Assembly (NCBI GenBank): GCA_015222755.1
Contig: JADFVX010000100.1
Coordinates: 1 to 52,879, forward strand
Length of the DNA stretch: 52,879 nt
Reading direction: 5' to 3'
Source of the DNA: Pseudomonadota bacterium
GTDB taxonomy: Bacteria; Desulfobacterota; JADFVX01
How positions within the stretch are numbered: position 1 is the first letter of the stretch; every line of letters begins with the position of its first letter. A model generated the notes under the pieces. The model was not told the origin of the DNA. It searched no databases and saw nothing but the letters and a program-made list of their open reading frames with translations. The position numbers were made by a program, and so were the translations under genes. Positions 36,682-45,821 of the stretch are shown here, piece after piece.

Positions 36682-37407
36682 ATGGATATGCAAAATAGCT
36701 TTCCCAAAATAGATGGCGCCAAGGTAAACACAAGAAGCGCAGCGCAGGCAGAGCAGGCAAGGTTCCTGCTTAAGGTCTACAACTGGATGACGGGCGGCCT
36801 TCTGGCTACAGGCATCGTTGCCTATGCTACAGCCAATGTCCCGGCGCTTACGCAGCTTATCTTTGACAACAGCTTTCTTTTCTTTGGTCTTATAATAGCA
36901 GAGCTTGCAATGGTAGGGGCACTTGCCGGCTGGGTAATGAAGATGAGGGCCAGAACGGCGGCGATGGTATTTTTCGGCTACGCCTTGCTAAACGGACTTA
37001 CCCTGTCCTTTATTTTTATGGTCTACACAAAGTCTTCCATAGCCACAGCCTTTGTCGTAACGGCGGGTACTTTCGGTGCAATGTCGCTATACGGTGCAAC
37101 AACCAAGAAAGACCTCTCAGGTATGGGCAGCTTCCTCACTATGGGGCTCTTTGGCATCATCATCGCCTCTGTTGCAAATATCTTCCTTAAAAGCCCGGTG
37201 ATCCACTGGGTAACATCCTACCTAGGCGTACTCATCTTTGTCGGCCTTACAGCCTATGATACACAGAAGATATTGAAGATGAACATACTCGGGAATGAAG
37301 GTACAGAGGAAGACACAAAGGAAGCCATACGCGGCGCCCTGACCCTCTACCTCGACTTTATAAACCTCTTTCTCATGCTGCTGAGAGTAATGGGAGACAG
37401 GAGGTAG
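36682..37407 (+). CDS. BAX inhibitor-1/YccA family membrane protein
   Basis: 241 aa with 7 TM segments. 'FLLKVYNWM', 'LTAYDTQKI' and the 'GALTLYLDFINLFLMLLR' C-terminus are typical of BI-1/YccA. Confidence 0.88.
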   Translation: MDMQNSFPKIDGAKVNTRSAAQAEQARFLLKVYNWMTGGLLATGIVAYATANVPALTQLIFDNSFLFFGLIIAELAMVGALAGWVMKMRARTAAMVFFGYALLNGLTLSFIFMVYTKSSIATAFVVTAGTFGAMSLYGATTKKDLSGMGSFLTMGLFGIIIASVANIFLKSPVIHWVTSYLGVLIFVGLTAYDTQKILKMNILGNEGTEEDTKEAIRGALTLYLDFINLFLMLLRVMGDRR

Positions 37408-37450
37408 TAAGCATAAAATAATTCAAACAACAATGCGCGAATCTTAAAAA

Positions 37451-37484
37451 GCCCGAACCGGCAAAACGGTTTCGGGCTTTTTTT
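37451..37484. terminator. bidirectional rho-independent terminator between convergent genes
   Basis: The stem is GCCCGAACCG, the loop GCAAAA, and the return arm CGGTTTCGGGC (one bulge). It is followed by T7 and preceded by A5. Confidence 0.7.
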
Positions 37485-37563
37485 AAAACCCGGGGCTCGC
37501 GATTTAAACCGTCGCAGTTGTCCCCAATTAATATTAAACATATTGGGATCCGGGTATGCTGAC

Positions 37564-38322
37564 TTAGCGCTTGGAACCCCCTCCCCCTTCCACTTTATCC
37601 AACTCCGCCGTTATATACCCGACTTTGATTTTTGCCATGATCTTGACAGGGATTTTATACTGATCGTCTGTAAACCATATATATGTCCCCTCTTTTCCCC
37701 TTAACTCTTCACTTCCCTTATCTCTGCTCCTTGTGTGAACCTTTATGGTCTCAAAGCTGCCGCCCCCCACCCTTATCTTCTCACGCCCGACAACCTTTAC
37801 GACAGTGATATATATCTTGCCATTTGCAAAGGTGTCCAGCTCTATCTCCACCTCCGGCTTAAGATCAAGGGTCCTCAGGTAGTAGATGAGAGAAAAAGGG
37901 TCAATGATACCATCTGAGACCTTAACTACCTTTTTATTGCCACCCTTTGTAAACTCGACCTCATTTCTTTCAAGATCGAATATTGCAGACTTGTTTTTTT
38001 TGCGCCCCTTCTTTTGCTGTACCACTTCATATTTCAAAGGGGCAAGGGTCTTTGCGTCGACATAGAAATCAGTCCAGTTATTAACGTCATATAAAGCCGA
38101 CACAATTTTGCTGGGATTGGACCTGCTGACCATGTGAAGAGCCTCTCTCCCGCCAACATCGGAAATCCCCGATATCTCCATAACCGTTGTGCCTGCCTTA
38201 ATCCCTGACCATGTCAGGTTAAATTCAAGCCTCTCTCCAACATTGAAGGGCAATGCTGACACGTTTGATGGCAACAGAGTGAGCATAAAGAGTAATAGAA
38301 AAAACTTTGAGATTATCTCCAT
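37564..38322 (-). CDS. secreted DUF3108-like protein
   Basis: 252 aa with a signal peptide. 'VGERLEFNLTWSGIKAGTTVMEI' near the start and 'YIWFTDDQYKIPVKI...GYITAEL' near the end resemble the DUF3108 pattern. Confidence 0.55.
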   Translation of the reverse strand: MEIISKFFLLLFMLTLLPSNVSALPFNVGERLEFNLTWSGIKAGTTVMEISGISDVGGREALHMVSRSNPSKIVSALYDVNNWTDFYVDAKTLAPLKYEVVQQKKGRKKNKSAIFDLERNEVEFTKGGNKKVVKVSDGIIDPFSLIYYLRTLDLKPEVEIELDTFANGKIYITVVKVVGREKIRVGGGSFETIKVHTRSRDKGSEELRGKEGTYIWFTDDQYKIPVKIMAKIKVGYITAELDKVEGGGGSKR

Positions 38323-38476
38323 AGACCTAATATAGTCTCCATCATGATTTATGTCCAGAAATTATGTAAGCAGGGGGGCGAGCTAAAACCCTTTATAATC
38401 ACCTTACCTAAGCCCTCACCTTCCTGCTATAATCCAAACATAAAAAACTAGACTTTCAATAAAAAAGGACGAAGGC

Positions 38477-39061
38477 ATGACTGGCCCATCCTACAAAAAT
38501 GCCTCTGTGTGTTCCATGATACTGGACGGTCCGCAGCGCTACCAGTGGCAGGACCCAGACAAAATCATCGCTACACTTATAACCTCACCTGATCTGAGCG
38601 TAGCCGATCTCGGTGCGGGAACAGGCTTTTTTACCTCACTCCTTTCAAAAGCACTTCCTGAGGGAAAGGTGGCAGCCCTTGAGCCTGAAGCTGCCCTGGT
38701 GGAGTGGCTGAAAAAACGAAAGGCAGAAGAAGGCCTGAGTAATGTAGATGTATTTGCCATAGGCCACGACAAGCCCAGTCTTGAACTGATTGATGGTGAC
38801 ATTGACCTGCTCTTTGTGGGGTATACCTACTTCCACTTTGATGATCCCGTGCCCTACTTCAGGGAAAAAGTCGGCCCATTAATACAGAATACAACAAAGA
38901 TAGCCATCGCCGATGTTGAACCTGAATTTGCTGGGGCAATGCGCAAAAAGGTAAGTTCCGCACAGGTTATAGAGGAGATGAAAGAGGCCGGATTCAAACT
39001 GGAGGCGGCACCTGGCCTTGCTGAAAACCAGTACCTGCTTATTTTCAGAAAAGACGGCTAA
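38477..39061 (+). CDS. class I SAM-dependent methyltransferase
   Basis: It carries motif I, 'VADLGAGTGFFTSLL'. Its length fits a small-molecule MTase fold. Confidence 0.75.
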   Translation: MTGPSYKNASVCSMILDGPQRYQWQDPDKIIATLITSPDLSVADLGAGTGFFTSLLSKALPEGKVAALEPEAALVEWLKKRKAEEGLSNVDVFAIGHDKPSLELIDGDIDLLFVGYTYFHFDDPVPYFREKVGPLIQNTTKIAIADVEPEFAGAMRKKVSSAQVIEEMKEAGFKLEAAPGLAENQYLLIFRKDG

Positions 39062-39139
39062 AGACCCGGAGAATGGCAAAAGTGAGGGGCGGTTCCCCCT
39101 GATTATGGAGGTCCATGAAGATTGCTGAACTGCATGGTT

Positions 39140-39427
39140 TCATACGACCTTTGTCTTGATCATCCCCTCGATCTGCCGCTTCAGCATCTTGCGGCAGGAA
39201 ACTACACTGCAACGCTCATCCTCGAGTTTGTTCTTCATCAATTCGACAAGTGTCTCGTCATCAACATCAAATAGAGACACAATGGCTACCTCGTCCTTCT
39301 CTGTCTCACTTTTGGCTGACTCCATCAGGTCTATTGTAGAACGGTGTTCTACAAATTTCCCCCTGGCAACATCAGCCAGTTTATTTATGCTGTATTTGCA
39401 AAAACAGCCTTTGGGATCTTTATTCAT
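39140..39427 (-). CDS. hypothetical small cytoplasmic protein (4 Cys)
   Basis: 95 aa. AAGGATGG lies 9 nt upstream. It has CxC near the N-terminus and Cx4C near the C-terminus. I recognise no family. Confidence 0.45.
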   Translation of the reverse strand: MNKDPKGCFCKYSINKLADVARGKFVEHRSTIDLMESAKSETEKDEVAIVSLFDVDDETLVELMKNKLEDERCSVVSCRKMLKRQIEGMIKTKVV

Positions 39428-39471
39428 CTGATTTTTCCATCCTTTTTAAAAATGACATACAGACCTTATAT

Positions 39472-39753
39472 TTATTTTGAAAGGATCTCTATCTTAATTG
39501 CCAAAACATCCGAGCCGGACACCTCCACAATCATACCTTCCTTTATTTTTTCAGGCATCTCTGTATCCTCTGAAATGAAGTAGGTATATCTATCGCCTTC
39601 GCCGTCTATCACATCTATGGACTTGCCTGCTTTATATTCGGCAACCTTTCCTGTGGTATAAATGCTTATATAGTGCGCTCCCTCTGCCACCTGTCCCCCT
39701 GCAATAGAGAAAGCAATTACTATCGCAAAAAACAAGCCCTTTAATCGCCCCAT
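39472..39753 (-). CDS. hypothetical small secreted protein
   Basis: 93 aa with a strong AGGAGG 8 nt upstream. It has a signal peptide, 'MGRLKGLFFAIVIAFSIAGGQVAEG', and a beta-rich mature part. Confidence 0.55.
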   Translation of the reverse strand: MGRLKGLFFAIVIAFSIAGGQVAEGAHYISIYTTGKVAEYKAGKSIDVIDGEGDRYTYFISEDTEMPEKIKEGMIVEVSGSDVLAIKIEILSK

Positions 39754-39815
39754 CCTTATATCCTCCTGTAAGTTTTTTAATATAATACCACAAAGATATT
39801 ATTTCCAAGCCATTT

Positions 39816-39935
39816 CTATACGGTTTTTTCCAAGCACTTAACCTTCCAGAGTGCTTCATCGGCACACTTAACGAGGTCATACGAAGTCTCCTCAGCTTCG
39901 GGGAACCTCGCCATGTTGAGCCTGTCGAAGGGAAG
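39816..39935 (-). pseudogene. frameshifted 3'-terminal fragment of a GGDEF gene, paralogous to 9515-9640
   Basis: The nucleotide alignment to the 3' end of the GGDEF gene at 9515 is visible by eye (ccatttctatacggttttt...gcttcatcggcac.ctt.ac...gaagtctcc...cttcggggaa). The translation is 'FPEAEETSYDLVKCADEALWKVKCLEKTV*', against 'FPEDGETSDDIVKRADEALYRAKRLGKNRIEMA*' for the intact gene. A 1-nt indel shifts the frame, and nothing of the GGDEF core lies upstream. Confidence 0.6.
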
Positions 39936-40043
39936 AAAGGCAGGTTAAAAGACCTGATTCCTTGCATACGCCGACCCATTTTTCAATAAAATATTTATAT
40001 TTGTTTCTTGCTGTGATAAAATGCCTATATTTTAGGCATCATT

Positions 40044-41072
40044 ATGAAAATTGGAAATATAAAACTCAAAAACAAGCTGGTCCTTGCTCCAATGGCCGGC
40101 GTGACTGACCTGCCCTTCCGTCGGCTGGCTGTGGATCAGGGATGTGGACTTGTTGTCAGCGAGATGGTCAGCGCCAAAGGGCTCCTCATGGGTGGTGACA
40201 AGACGCGCTTTCTTCTTGCATCTACGCCGGAAGAAAGACCGCTATCAGTCCAGCTTTTTGGTGATGAGCCGGAGCTTATGGGGGAGGCCGCCCTTATAGT
40301 GGAGCAGTCCGGGGCGGCTATGGTAGATATCAATATGGGCTGTCCTGCAAAGAAGGTAGTTGCTGGTGGCGCGGGCGCGGCCCTTCTTAAAGACCTGCCG
40401 AGAATAGGCCGCATCATCGATGCTGTAAAGAAAAAGGTCTCCATTCCTCTTACTATAAAGATAAGGACAGGCTGGGATACGTCCAGTATTGTTGCCTGTG
40501 ACGTACTCAATATAGCAGAGGATAACGGGGTCGATGCGATAGCTGTTCATGGCAGGACAAAAACTCAGGCCTTTGGCGGTGAGGCGGACTGGTCAATTAT
40601 TGCTGAGATTAAATCCAGGGCTACTATTCCCGTAATAGGAAACGGTGATGTCAGTTCTGCCGAAGATGTTCTGAAAATGATGGACACTACAGGCTGTGAC
40701 GGGGTAATGATAGGGCGTGGTGCTATGGGAAATCCATGGATATTTGCACAGGCTCAGGGCCTTATCTCCAAAGGGAGCTACGAACTTCCCAGTGTGGAGG
40801 AAAAAAATGAGCTTGTGCTGAAACATTTTGAAATGATTATTGAACTATACGGCGAATATAAGGGTGTACGTCTTTTCAGAAAACACCTTGCCTGGTATGT
40901 AAAGGGAATGGATGGTGCCTCAAAGTTCCGTTCTATTATTAACTACTCTATAAACCCCGATGAAGTGAGGGAACTTGTGTCTGGTTTTTTCTCGGAAACT
41001 CCCAGTTCATACACCGGTAGCTTTGATCATACAGAAGCCGAATTGCATAAAGGGACAGACCTTCCGGTATAG
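40044..41072 (+). CDS. dusB: tRNA-dihydrouridine synthase B (NifR3 family)
   Basis: It has 'LAPMAGVTD.PFR', 'DINMGCPAKKV' and 'VHGRT..Q.F.G.ADW'. It lies directly upstream of ntrB-ntrC, as in the classical nifR3-ntrBC operon. Confidence 0.92.
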   Translation: MKIGNIKLKNKLVLAPMAGVTDLPFRRLAVDQGCGLVVSEMVSAKGLLMGGDKTRFLLASTPEERPLSVQLFGDEPELMGEAALIVEQSGAAMVDINMGCPAKKVVAGGAGAALLKDLPRIGRIIDAVKKKVSIPLTIKIRTGWDTSSIVACDVLNIAEDNGVDAIAVHGRTKTQAFGGEADWSIIAEIKSRATIPVIGNGDVSSAEDVLKMMDTTGCDGVMIGRGAMGNPWIFAQAQGLISKGSYELPSVEEKNELVLKHFEMIIELYGEYKGVRLFRKHLAWYVKGMDGASKFRSIINYSINPDEVRELVSGFFSETPSSYTGSFDHTEAELHKGTDLPV

Positions 41073-41075
41073 GCT

Positions 41076-42146
41076 ATGGAAAAACTTTATGCCGATATTA
41101 TAGACAGCATTGAAGACGGTATTGTCGTCTTCGATAAAGACTTTGATATTCTTCTGTTTAACCAGATTGCTGAAATAATAACAGGTATATCCAAAAGTCG
41201 GGCCATGAATACAAAGGGTGAAAGTCTTTTTTGTGACAATAAGCGCCTTTTAGATCAGGTCAAAAAGAGCCTGAAAAACGGCCAGGTATTCTCGGATTAT
41301 GATACAGATTTTTTTAGACCTGACGGGACGGTGGCGCCTGTTTCACTGATCACATCTCCTGTGCTATCCCCTGAAGGAGAGTATGAGGGGACAACACTCC
41401 TCATACGTGATATCCGCCGCGTGAAGGAACTGGAAGAGGATCTGCGACGTTCCGACAGTCTGGTTTCCGTAGGTGTGCTTGCAGCGGGTCTGGCCCATGA
41501 GATCAAGAACCCTCTTGGCGGGATAAGAGGAGCGGCACAACTTCTACAGATGGAAGTAGAGGAAAACAAGGAGCTTATAGAGTACACCTCCCTTATAGTA
41601 CGAGAAACGGACAGGGTCACGGGCCTGATAGAGGAATTGCTGGATTTTGCAAACCCTAAAAGTCTGAAGAAAGAACAGGTCAACATACATGAGATACTTG
41701 ATTCTGTCATAGCGCTCCAGTCAAGGAGTGAGGCCACAAGAGAGACCACGTTTGTAACGGACTATGATCCAAGCATTCCACCTCTTGTGGGGGACAGTGA
41801 TAAGCTTGCACAGGTCTTACTTAATATTGTGAAAAACGGCTGTGAGGCCATGGATGGCAGGGGCTCGTTAAAGGTGGTGACGCGGGTGGTGAGCGATTTC
41901 ATGTTGAATGAAGGGCCGGGAAGCCGTTCCGCGATGATAGCTGTTGACGTCATTGACAGCGGCCCGGGCATAAGTGAGGAAGCGCAGAGGATGCTTTTTA
42001 CCCCCTTCTATACAAAAAAACGGGGAGGCACAGGTCTTGGGCTGGCTGTTTCACACCGGATAGTAGAGGCCCATAAGGGCTATATAAAAGTTGAAAGTAA
42101 GGAAGGGGAAGGGGCGACTTTTTCCCTATACCTTCCGCTGAGGTAA
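41076..42146 (+). CDS. ntrB: NtrB-like sensor histidine kinase (PAS-HisKA-HATPase)
   Basis: The H-box 'GLAHEIKNPLGGIRGAAQLL' is nearly identical to the NtrB consensus. 'GTGLGLAVSHRIV' is also present. Confidence 0.85.
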   Translation: MEKLYADIIDSIEDGIVVFDKDFDILLFNQIAEIITGISKSRAMNTKGESLFCDNKRLLDQVKKSLKNGQVFSDYDTDFFRPDGTVAPVSLITSPVLSPEGEYEGTTLLIRDIRRVKELEEDLRRSDSLVSVGVLAAGLAHEIKNPLGGIRGAAQLLQMEVEENKELIEYTSLIVRETDRVTGLIEELLDFANPKSLKKEQVNIHEILDSVIALQSRSEATRETTFVTDYDPSIPPLVGDSDKLAQVLLNIVKNGCEAMDGRGSLKVVTRVVSDFMLNEGPGSRSAMIAVDVIDSGPGISEEAQRMLFTPFYTKKRGGTGLGLAVSHRIVEAHKGYIKVESKEGEGATFSLYLPLR

Positions 42147-42150
42147 ATGC

Positions 42151-43596
42151 ATGACAGAAAAGATACTGATAATAGATGATGATGAAAGCCTGCGCTGGGT
42201 GCTTCAGCGTACCTTTGAAAAGCTGGGACATTCCGTATCTACCGCCGTCAATGGCGAAGAGGGCCTTTCCCTGCTCAATGAAGGGGAGTACGCCCTCGCT
42301 TTTGTAGACATCATGATGCCCGATATGAGCGGTCTTGATCTTCTCAGGCAGGCAAAAAAAGAGGATTGCATACATACAGCATTTGTGGTTATGACTGCCC
42401 AGAATACGATGAAAAATGCCGTTGAGGCTATGAAGTGCGGAGCCTATGATTATATTACAAAGCCCTTTGATATAAAAGAGGTAGAGTCTATTGCGGCAAA
42501 GGCGCTGGAGTCTGGCAATCTGTCGCGTGATGTACTGAAGAAAAAGAAGTCTCCAAAAAAGCGCTACGAAGTCGGAAAGGAACTGCTTGGCGAGAGCCCG
42601 CTTATGCAGAAGGTCTATAAGACCATCGGTAAAGTATCGCAAAGCGATGTCACTGTTTTGATACAGGGGGAAAGCGGCACAGGTAAGGAGCTGATAGCAA
42701 AGGCCATACATCATAACAGTGAAAGAGTGGACAGACCCTTTGTTGCAATCAATGCCGCGGCAATACCTAGAGATCTTCTTGAGAGCGAGCTCTTTGGCCA
42801 TGAGAAGGGGGCATTCACGGGAGCTATAGAGAAAAAGCTGGGCAAGTTCGAGCTGGCCGAGGGAGGTACGCTCTTTCTCGACGAGATAGGGGACATGAGT
42901 CCCGACCTCCAGATGAAGCTCTTGAGGGCCTTGCAGGAGAGGGAGGTAGACCGTGTTGGAGGAAAAACCCCCATACCCATAGATGTGAGGGTTATTGCCG
43001 CAACAAATAAAAGCCTGAGTGCCTCTGTAAGGGATGGCCTTTTTAGAGAGGATCTCTATTACCGGCTCAATGTAGTTAACATAAAGCTTCCTCCTTTGAG
43101 GAAGCGCAAGGAAGACATACCACTTCTGGCATCCTGTTTCCTGGATCGTTTTTCAGAAGAGCTTGGACGGGAGAGGCACTACATCACAGATGAGGGAATG
43201 CAGCTGCTTGTAAATTACTCTTGGCCTGGTAATGTGAGGGAACTGGAAAACAGCATACGAAGGATGATCGTCCTTGCAGCATCACCGACGATATTGCCTG
43301 CCGACTTTCCCAGCAATATTCGCGAGGCGTCAGGGGCCGATAAGGTCAGTTTTGACACTATGACCCTGGATGAGATAATGCGCATAAAGCTGGGACCAGT
43401 TATCGACGCCGTAGATGCGGAAAATACGACAGAGATATACTCGATGGTCCTTGCACAGGTTGAAAGGCCTCTACTTCGGCTCGTCCTTGAAAAGTGTAGA
43501 TGGAATCAAGTCAAGGCTGCCAGGGTGCTGGGAATAAACCGCAACACCTTGAAGAAAAAAATAGATTTGTTGAACATCTGCAAGACCGGGAAGTGA
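42151..43596 (+). CDS. ntrC: NtrC-like sigma54-dependent response regulator
   Basis: A REC domain is followed by an AAA+ domain ('GESGTGKE', 'GAFTGA', 'ELENSI') and a C-terminal Fis-type HTH ('AARVLGINRNTLKKKI'). Confidence 0.9.
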   Translation: MTEKILIIDDDESLRWVLQRTFEKLGHSVSTAVNGEEGLSLLNEGEYALAFVDIMMPDMSGLDLLRQAKKEDCIHTAFVVMTAQNTMKNAVEAMKCGAYDYITKPFDIKEVESIAAKALESGNLSRDVLKKKKSPKKRYEVGKELLGESPLMQKVYKTIGKVSQSDVTVLIQGESGTGKELIAKAIHHNSERVDRPFVAINAAAIPRDLLESELFGHEKGAFTGAIEKKLGKFELAEGGTLFLDEIGDMSPDLQMKLLRALQEREVDRVGGKTPIPIDVRVIAATNKSLSASVRDGLFREDLYYRLNVVNIKLPPLRKRKEDIPLLASCFLDRFSEELGRERHYITDEGMQLLVNYSWPGNVRELENSIRRMIVLAASPTILPADFPSNIREASGADKVSFDTMTLDEIMRIKLGPVIDAVDAENTTEIYSMVLAQVERPLLRLVLEKCRWNQVKAARVLGINRNTLKKKIDLLNICKTGK

Positions 43597-43600
43597 TTTG

Positions 43601-44227
43601 ATGAAAGGGCGTTTGATTAAAGGGCTCTATGCAATTGTTGATGATTCATTTCCCGACCCTGTATTGACAGCCGAAAAAATACTGGCAGGTGGCGGACATA
43701 TTTTACAGCTCAGGGCAAAAAAAATGTCCAGTGCAAAGTTTCTTGAAACAGCCATAGCAATACGAAGCGCATGTGCTGCGAATGGGGCTCTTCTCATTAT
43801 AAATGACAGGGTGGATATAGCTATGATGTCCGGTGCCGACGGGGTACATCTTGGACAGGACGACCTGCCCATTGAGGCGACAAGGAAGGTGCTTGGCCGT
43901 GAAAAGATTATCGGTGTTTCTACCCATAACATGGGAGAGGCCTGCAGGGCCTTGAAAGACGGGGCTAACTATGTGGGTTTTGGCCCCGTGTTCAGAACGG
44001 CGACCAAAGGTGATGCACATGAAGTTCAGGGGCTGGAAAGGCTTAAAGAGATAAGCGCGGCTGTCAAAATACCTCTTGTTGCCATAGGCGGTATATCTGA
44101 ATGGAACATGAGGGATGTACTTGATGCCGGTGCCGATGCAGTAGCAGTAATATCCGCCATAGCCAGTGCCTCTGATATCAGTGGAAAAACGGCAGAGTTT
44201 GTTGCCATTACGGGAGCTGTAAAATGA
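43601..44227 (+). CDS. thiE: thiamine-phosphate synthase
   Basis: It has 'LYAIVDD', 'LQLRAKK', 'INDRVDIA...ADGVHLGQDD' and 'GFGPVF.T.TK'. The ATG 43601 lies 4 nt after the ntrC stop. Confidence 0.9.
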   Translation: MKGRLIKGLYAIVDDSFPDPVLTAEKILAGGGHILQLRAKKMSSAKFLETAIAIRSACAANGALLIINDRVDIAMMSGADGVHLGQDDLPIEATRKVLGREKIIGVSTHNMGEACRALKDGANYVGFGPVFRTATKGDAHEVQGLERLKEISAAVKIPLVAIGGISEWNMRDVLDAGADAVAVISAIASASDISGKTAEFVAITGAVK

Positions 44228-45012
44228 GGCCTGCAACGGTCCTGACCATCGGCGGCTCTGATCCAAGCGGCTGCGGCGGGATACAGGGCGACCTTAAGGT
44301 CTTTTCCGCCTTTGATGTCTTCGGCATGTCTTTGATCACAGCGCTGACATGCCAGAACAGTATAGGTGTTAGTGAAGTCATGGCATGCCCGGCAAGTTTT
44401 GTTTCTAACCAGGGGAAATCGATTTTTTCAGATATTCCCGTAGATGCAGTAAAGATAGGGATGCTTTCAAGGGCCGAAAATGTTGAAGCCGTGGCGGCGC
44501 TGCTGGGCAGCTCAAGCCAGGGAAATGTAGTTCTTGATCCAGTCCTTGTATCCAGCAGTGGAAAGGATATGCTGGATGAAGATGGAGTCGATATTTTAGT
44601 TAATAAACTTATCCCTATTGTGGACCTTGTGACTCCCAACCTCAGGGAGGCTTCGGTGCTGGCCAATATGCCGGTGACAGATCTGGATGAGATGAAGTCC
44701 GCTGCTGCAGCAATATGGAAGATGGGCTGTTCCTATGTGCTCGTCAAGGGAGGACATCTGGAAGGCCGGGCGCTTGATATTCTTTTTGACGGAGCAAGTT
44801 ATGAGGAATTCGATGCCGAGCGTGTTGGCGGTGGAGATTTCAGGGGAACCGGTTGTGCCCTTTCCGCTGCAATTGCCGCTGGCCTGGCCGGGGGAGCGAG
44901 TGTCCCTGCATCTGTAAAGGCGGCAAAGACATATGTGACTGGGGCGATAAGAAGTGGATACCGTGACCTGGGACGTGGTATGGGCATTCTTAACCACAAT
45001 TCAAGGAATTAA
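44224..45012 (+). CDS. thiD: hydroxymethylpyrimidine/phosphomethylpyrimidine kinase
   Basis: It has 'TIGGSDPSGCGGIQGDLKVF', 'VKIGML', 'VLVKGGH' and 'GTGCALSAAIAA'. It overlaps thiE by 4 nt. Confidence 0.9.
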   Translation: MRPATVLTIGGSDPSGCGGIQGDLKVFSAFDVFGMSLITALTCQNSIGVSEVMACPASFVSNQGKSIFSDIPVDAVKIGMLSRAENVEAVAALLGSSSQGNVVLDPVLVSSSGKDMLDEDGVDILVNKLIPIVDLVTPNLREASVLANMPVTDLDEMKSAAAAIWKMGCSYVLVKGGHLEGRALDILFDGASYEEFDAERVGGGDFRGTGCALSAAIAAGLAGGASVPASVKAAKTYVTGAIRSGYRDLGRGMGILNHNSRN

Positions 45013-45026
45013 AGGGGAGAAGATTA

Positions 45027-45818
45027 ATGGGGCCTGGTGAAGTGCTCAGCTATATTGGGGCGGCAGGAGATATCGCGATAAAGGCGGGTGATGTACTTCT
45101 GGGTGGCTTGTATAATAAGGACAAGATCGTAGAGTTCAAAGGAGATATAAACCTTGTAACCGAGATGGACAGGCGGGCAGAGGAGCTTATAAAGAACCAC
45201 CTTTCAGACCGTTTTCCCGACATTGCCATGCTGGCAGAAGAGGGAGGTGAGTCCGGCGATTTTTCCGGCAGGAGGTGGATAGTGGATCCCCTTGATGGAA
45301 CGACAAGCTATGCCCATGGCCTGCCACATTTTTCCGTATCCATAGCCCTGGAAGAAGACGGGGAGGTAATTGCGGGTGTGGTTTACAACCCCTGTGCCGA
45401 TGAATGTTTCAGTGCTGTCAGGGGAGGCGGAGCGTCACTTAACGGTCAAAAGATCAACGTCTCCGGCACATCAATCCTGAAGCGTTCCCTGCTGGCTACA
45501 GGATTTCCCTATGACAGGGCAACCAGCAAAGATAATAACGTAGATAATTTTAATGCCTTTATCCTGAAGGCCCAGGGTATAAGGCGTATGGGCTCTGCAG
45601 CACTCGACCTTTGTTATACCGCTGCGGGGCGTTTTGACGGCTACTGGGAGATGAAACTTTCTCCCTGGGATAGTGCTGCCGGCTCTGTTATCCTGGAAGA
45701 GGCGGGAGGCCGGATCAGCGATTTTTCCGGGGGGCCTTATAGTATCTACGGCAAAGAGCTGCTCGTCAGCAATAGGCTGATTCACGATGAGATGATAACT
45801 GTTCTTAATGGAAATTAG
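45027..45818 (+). CDS. suhB: inositol monophosphatase family protein (SuhB-like)
   Basis: It has the IMPase motifs 'LAEEGG', 'WIVDPLDGTTSYAHG' and 'WDSAAG'. Confidence 0.88.
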   Translation: MGPGEVLSYIGAAGDIAIKAGDVLLGGLYNKDKIVEFKGDINLVTEMDRRAEELIKNHLSDRFPDIAMLAEEGGESGDFSGRRWIVDPLDGTTSYAHGLPHFSVSIALEEDGEVIAGVVYNPCADECFSAVRGGGASLNGQKINVSGTSILKRSLLATGFPYDRATSKDNNVDNFNAFILKAQGIRRMGSAALDLCYTAAGRFDGYWEMKLSPWDSAAGSVILEEAGGRISDFSGGPYSIYGKELLVSNRLIHDEMITVLNGN

Positions 45819-45821
45819 CCT

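Noticed and set aside
39632-39979. 115-aa minus-strand ORF covering the GGDEF relic
   Set aside because: Its frame is not the one that carries the GGDEF similarity. It also overlaps the well-supported 93-aa secreted ORF, so it is an artefact of the decayed region.
41998-42801. 267-aa minus-strand ORF across the ntrB/ntrC junction
   Set aside because: It is antisense to two genes with near-consensus NtrB and NtrC motifs, and it has no recognisable domain.
43703-44266. 187-aa minus-strand ORF over thiE
   Set aside because: It is antisense to a clear ThiE and has no RBS and no family signal.
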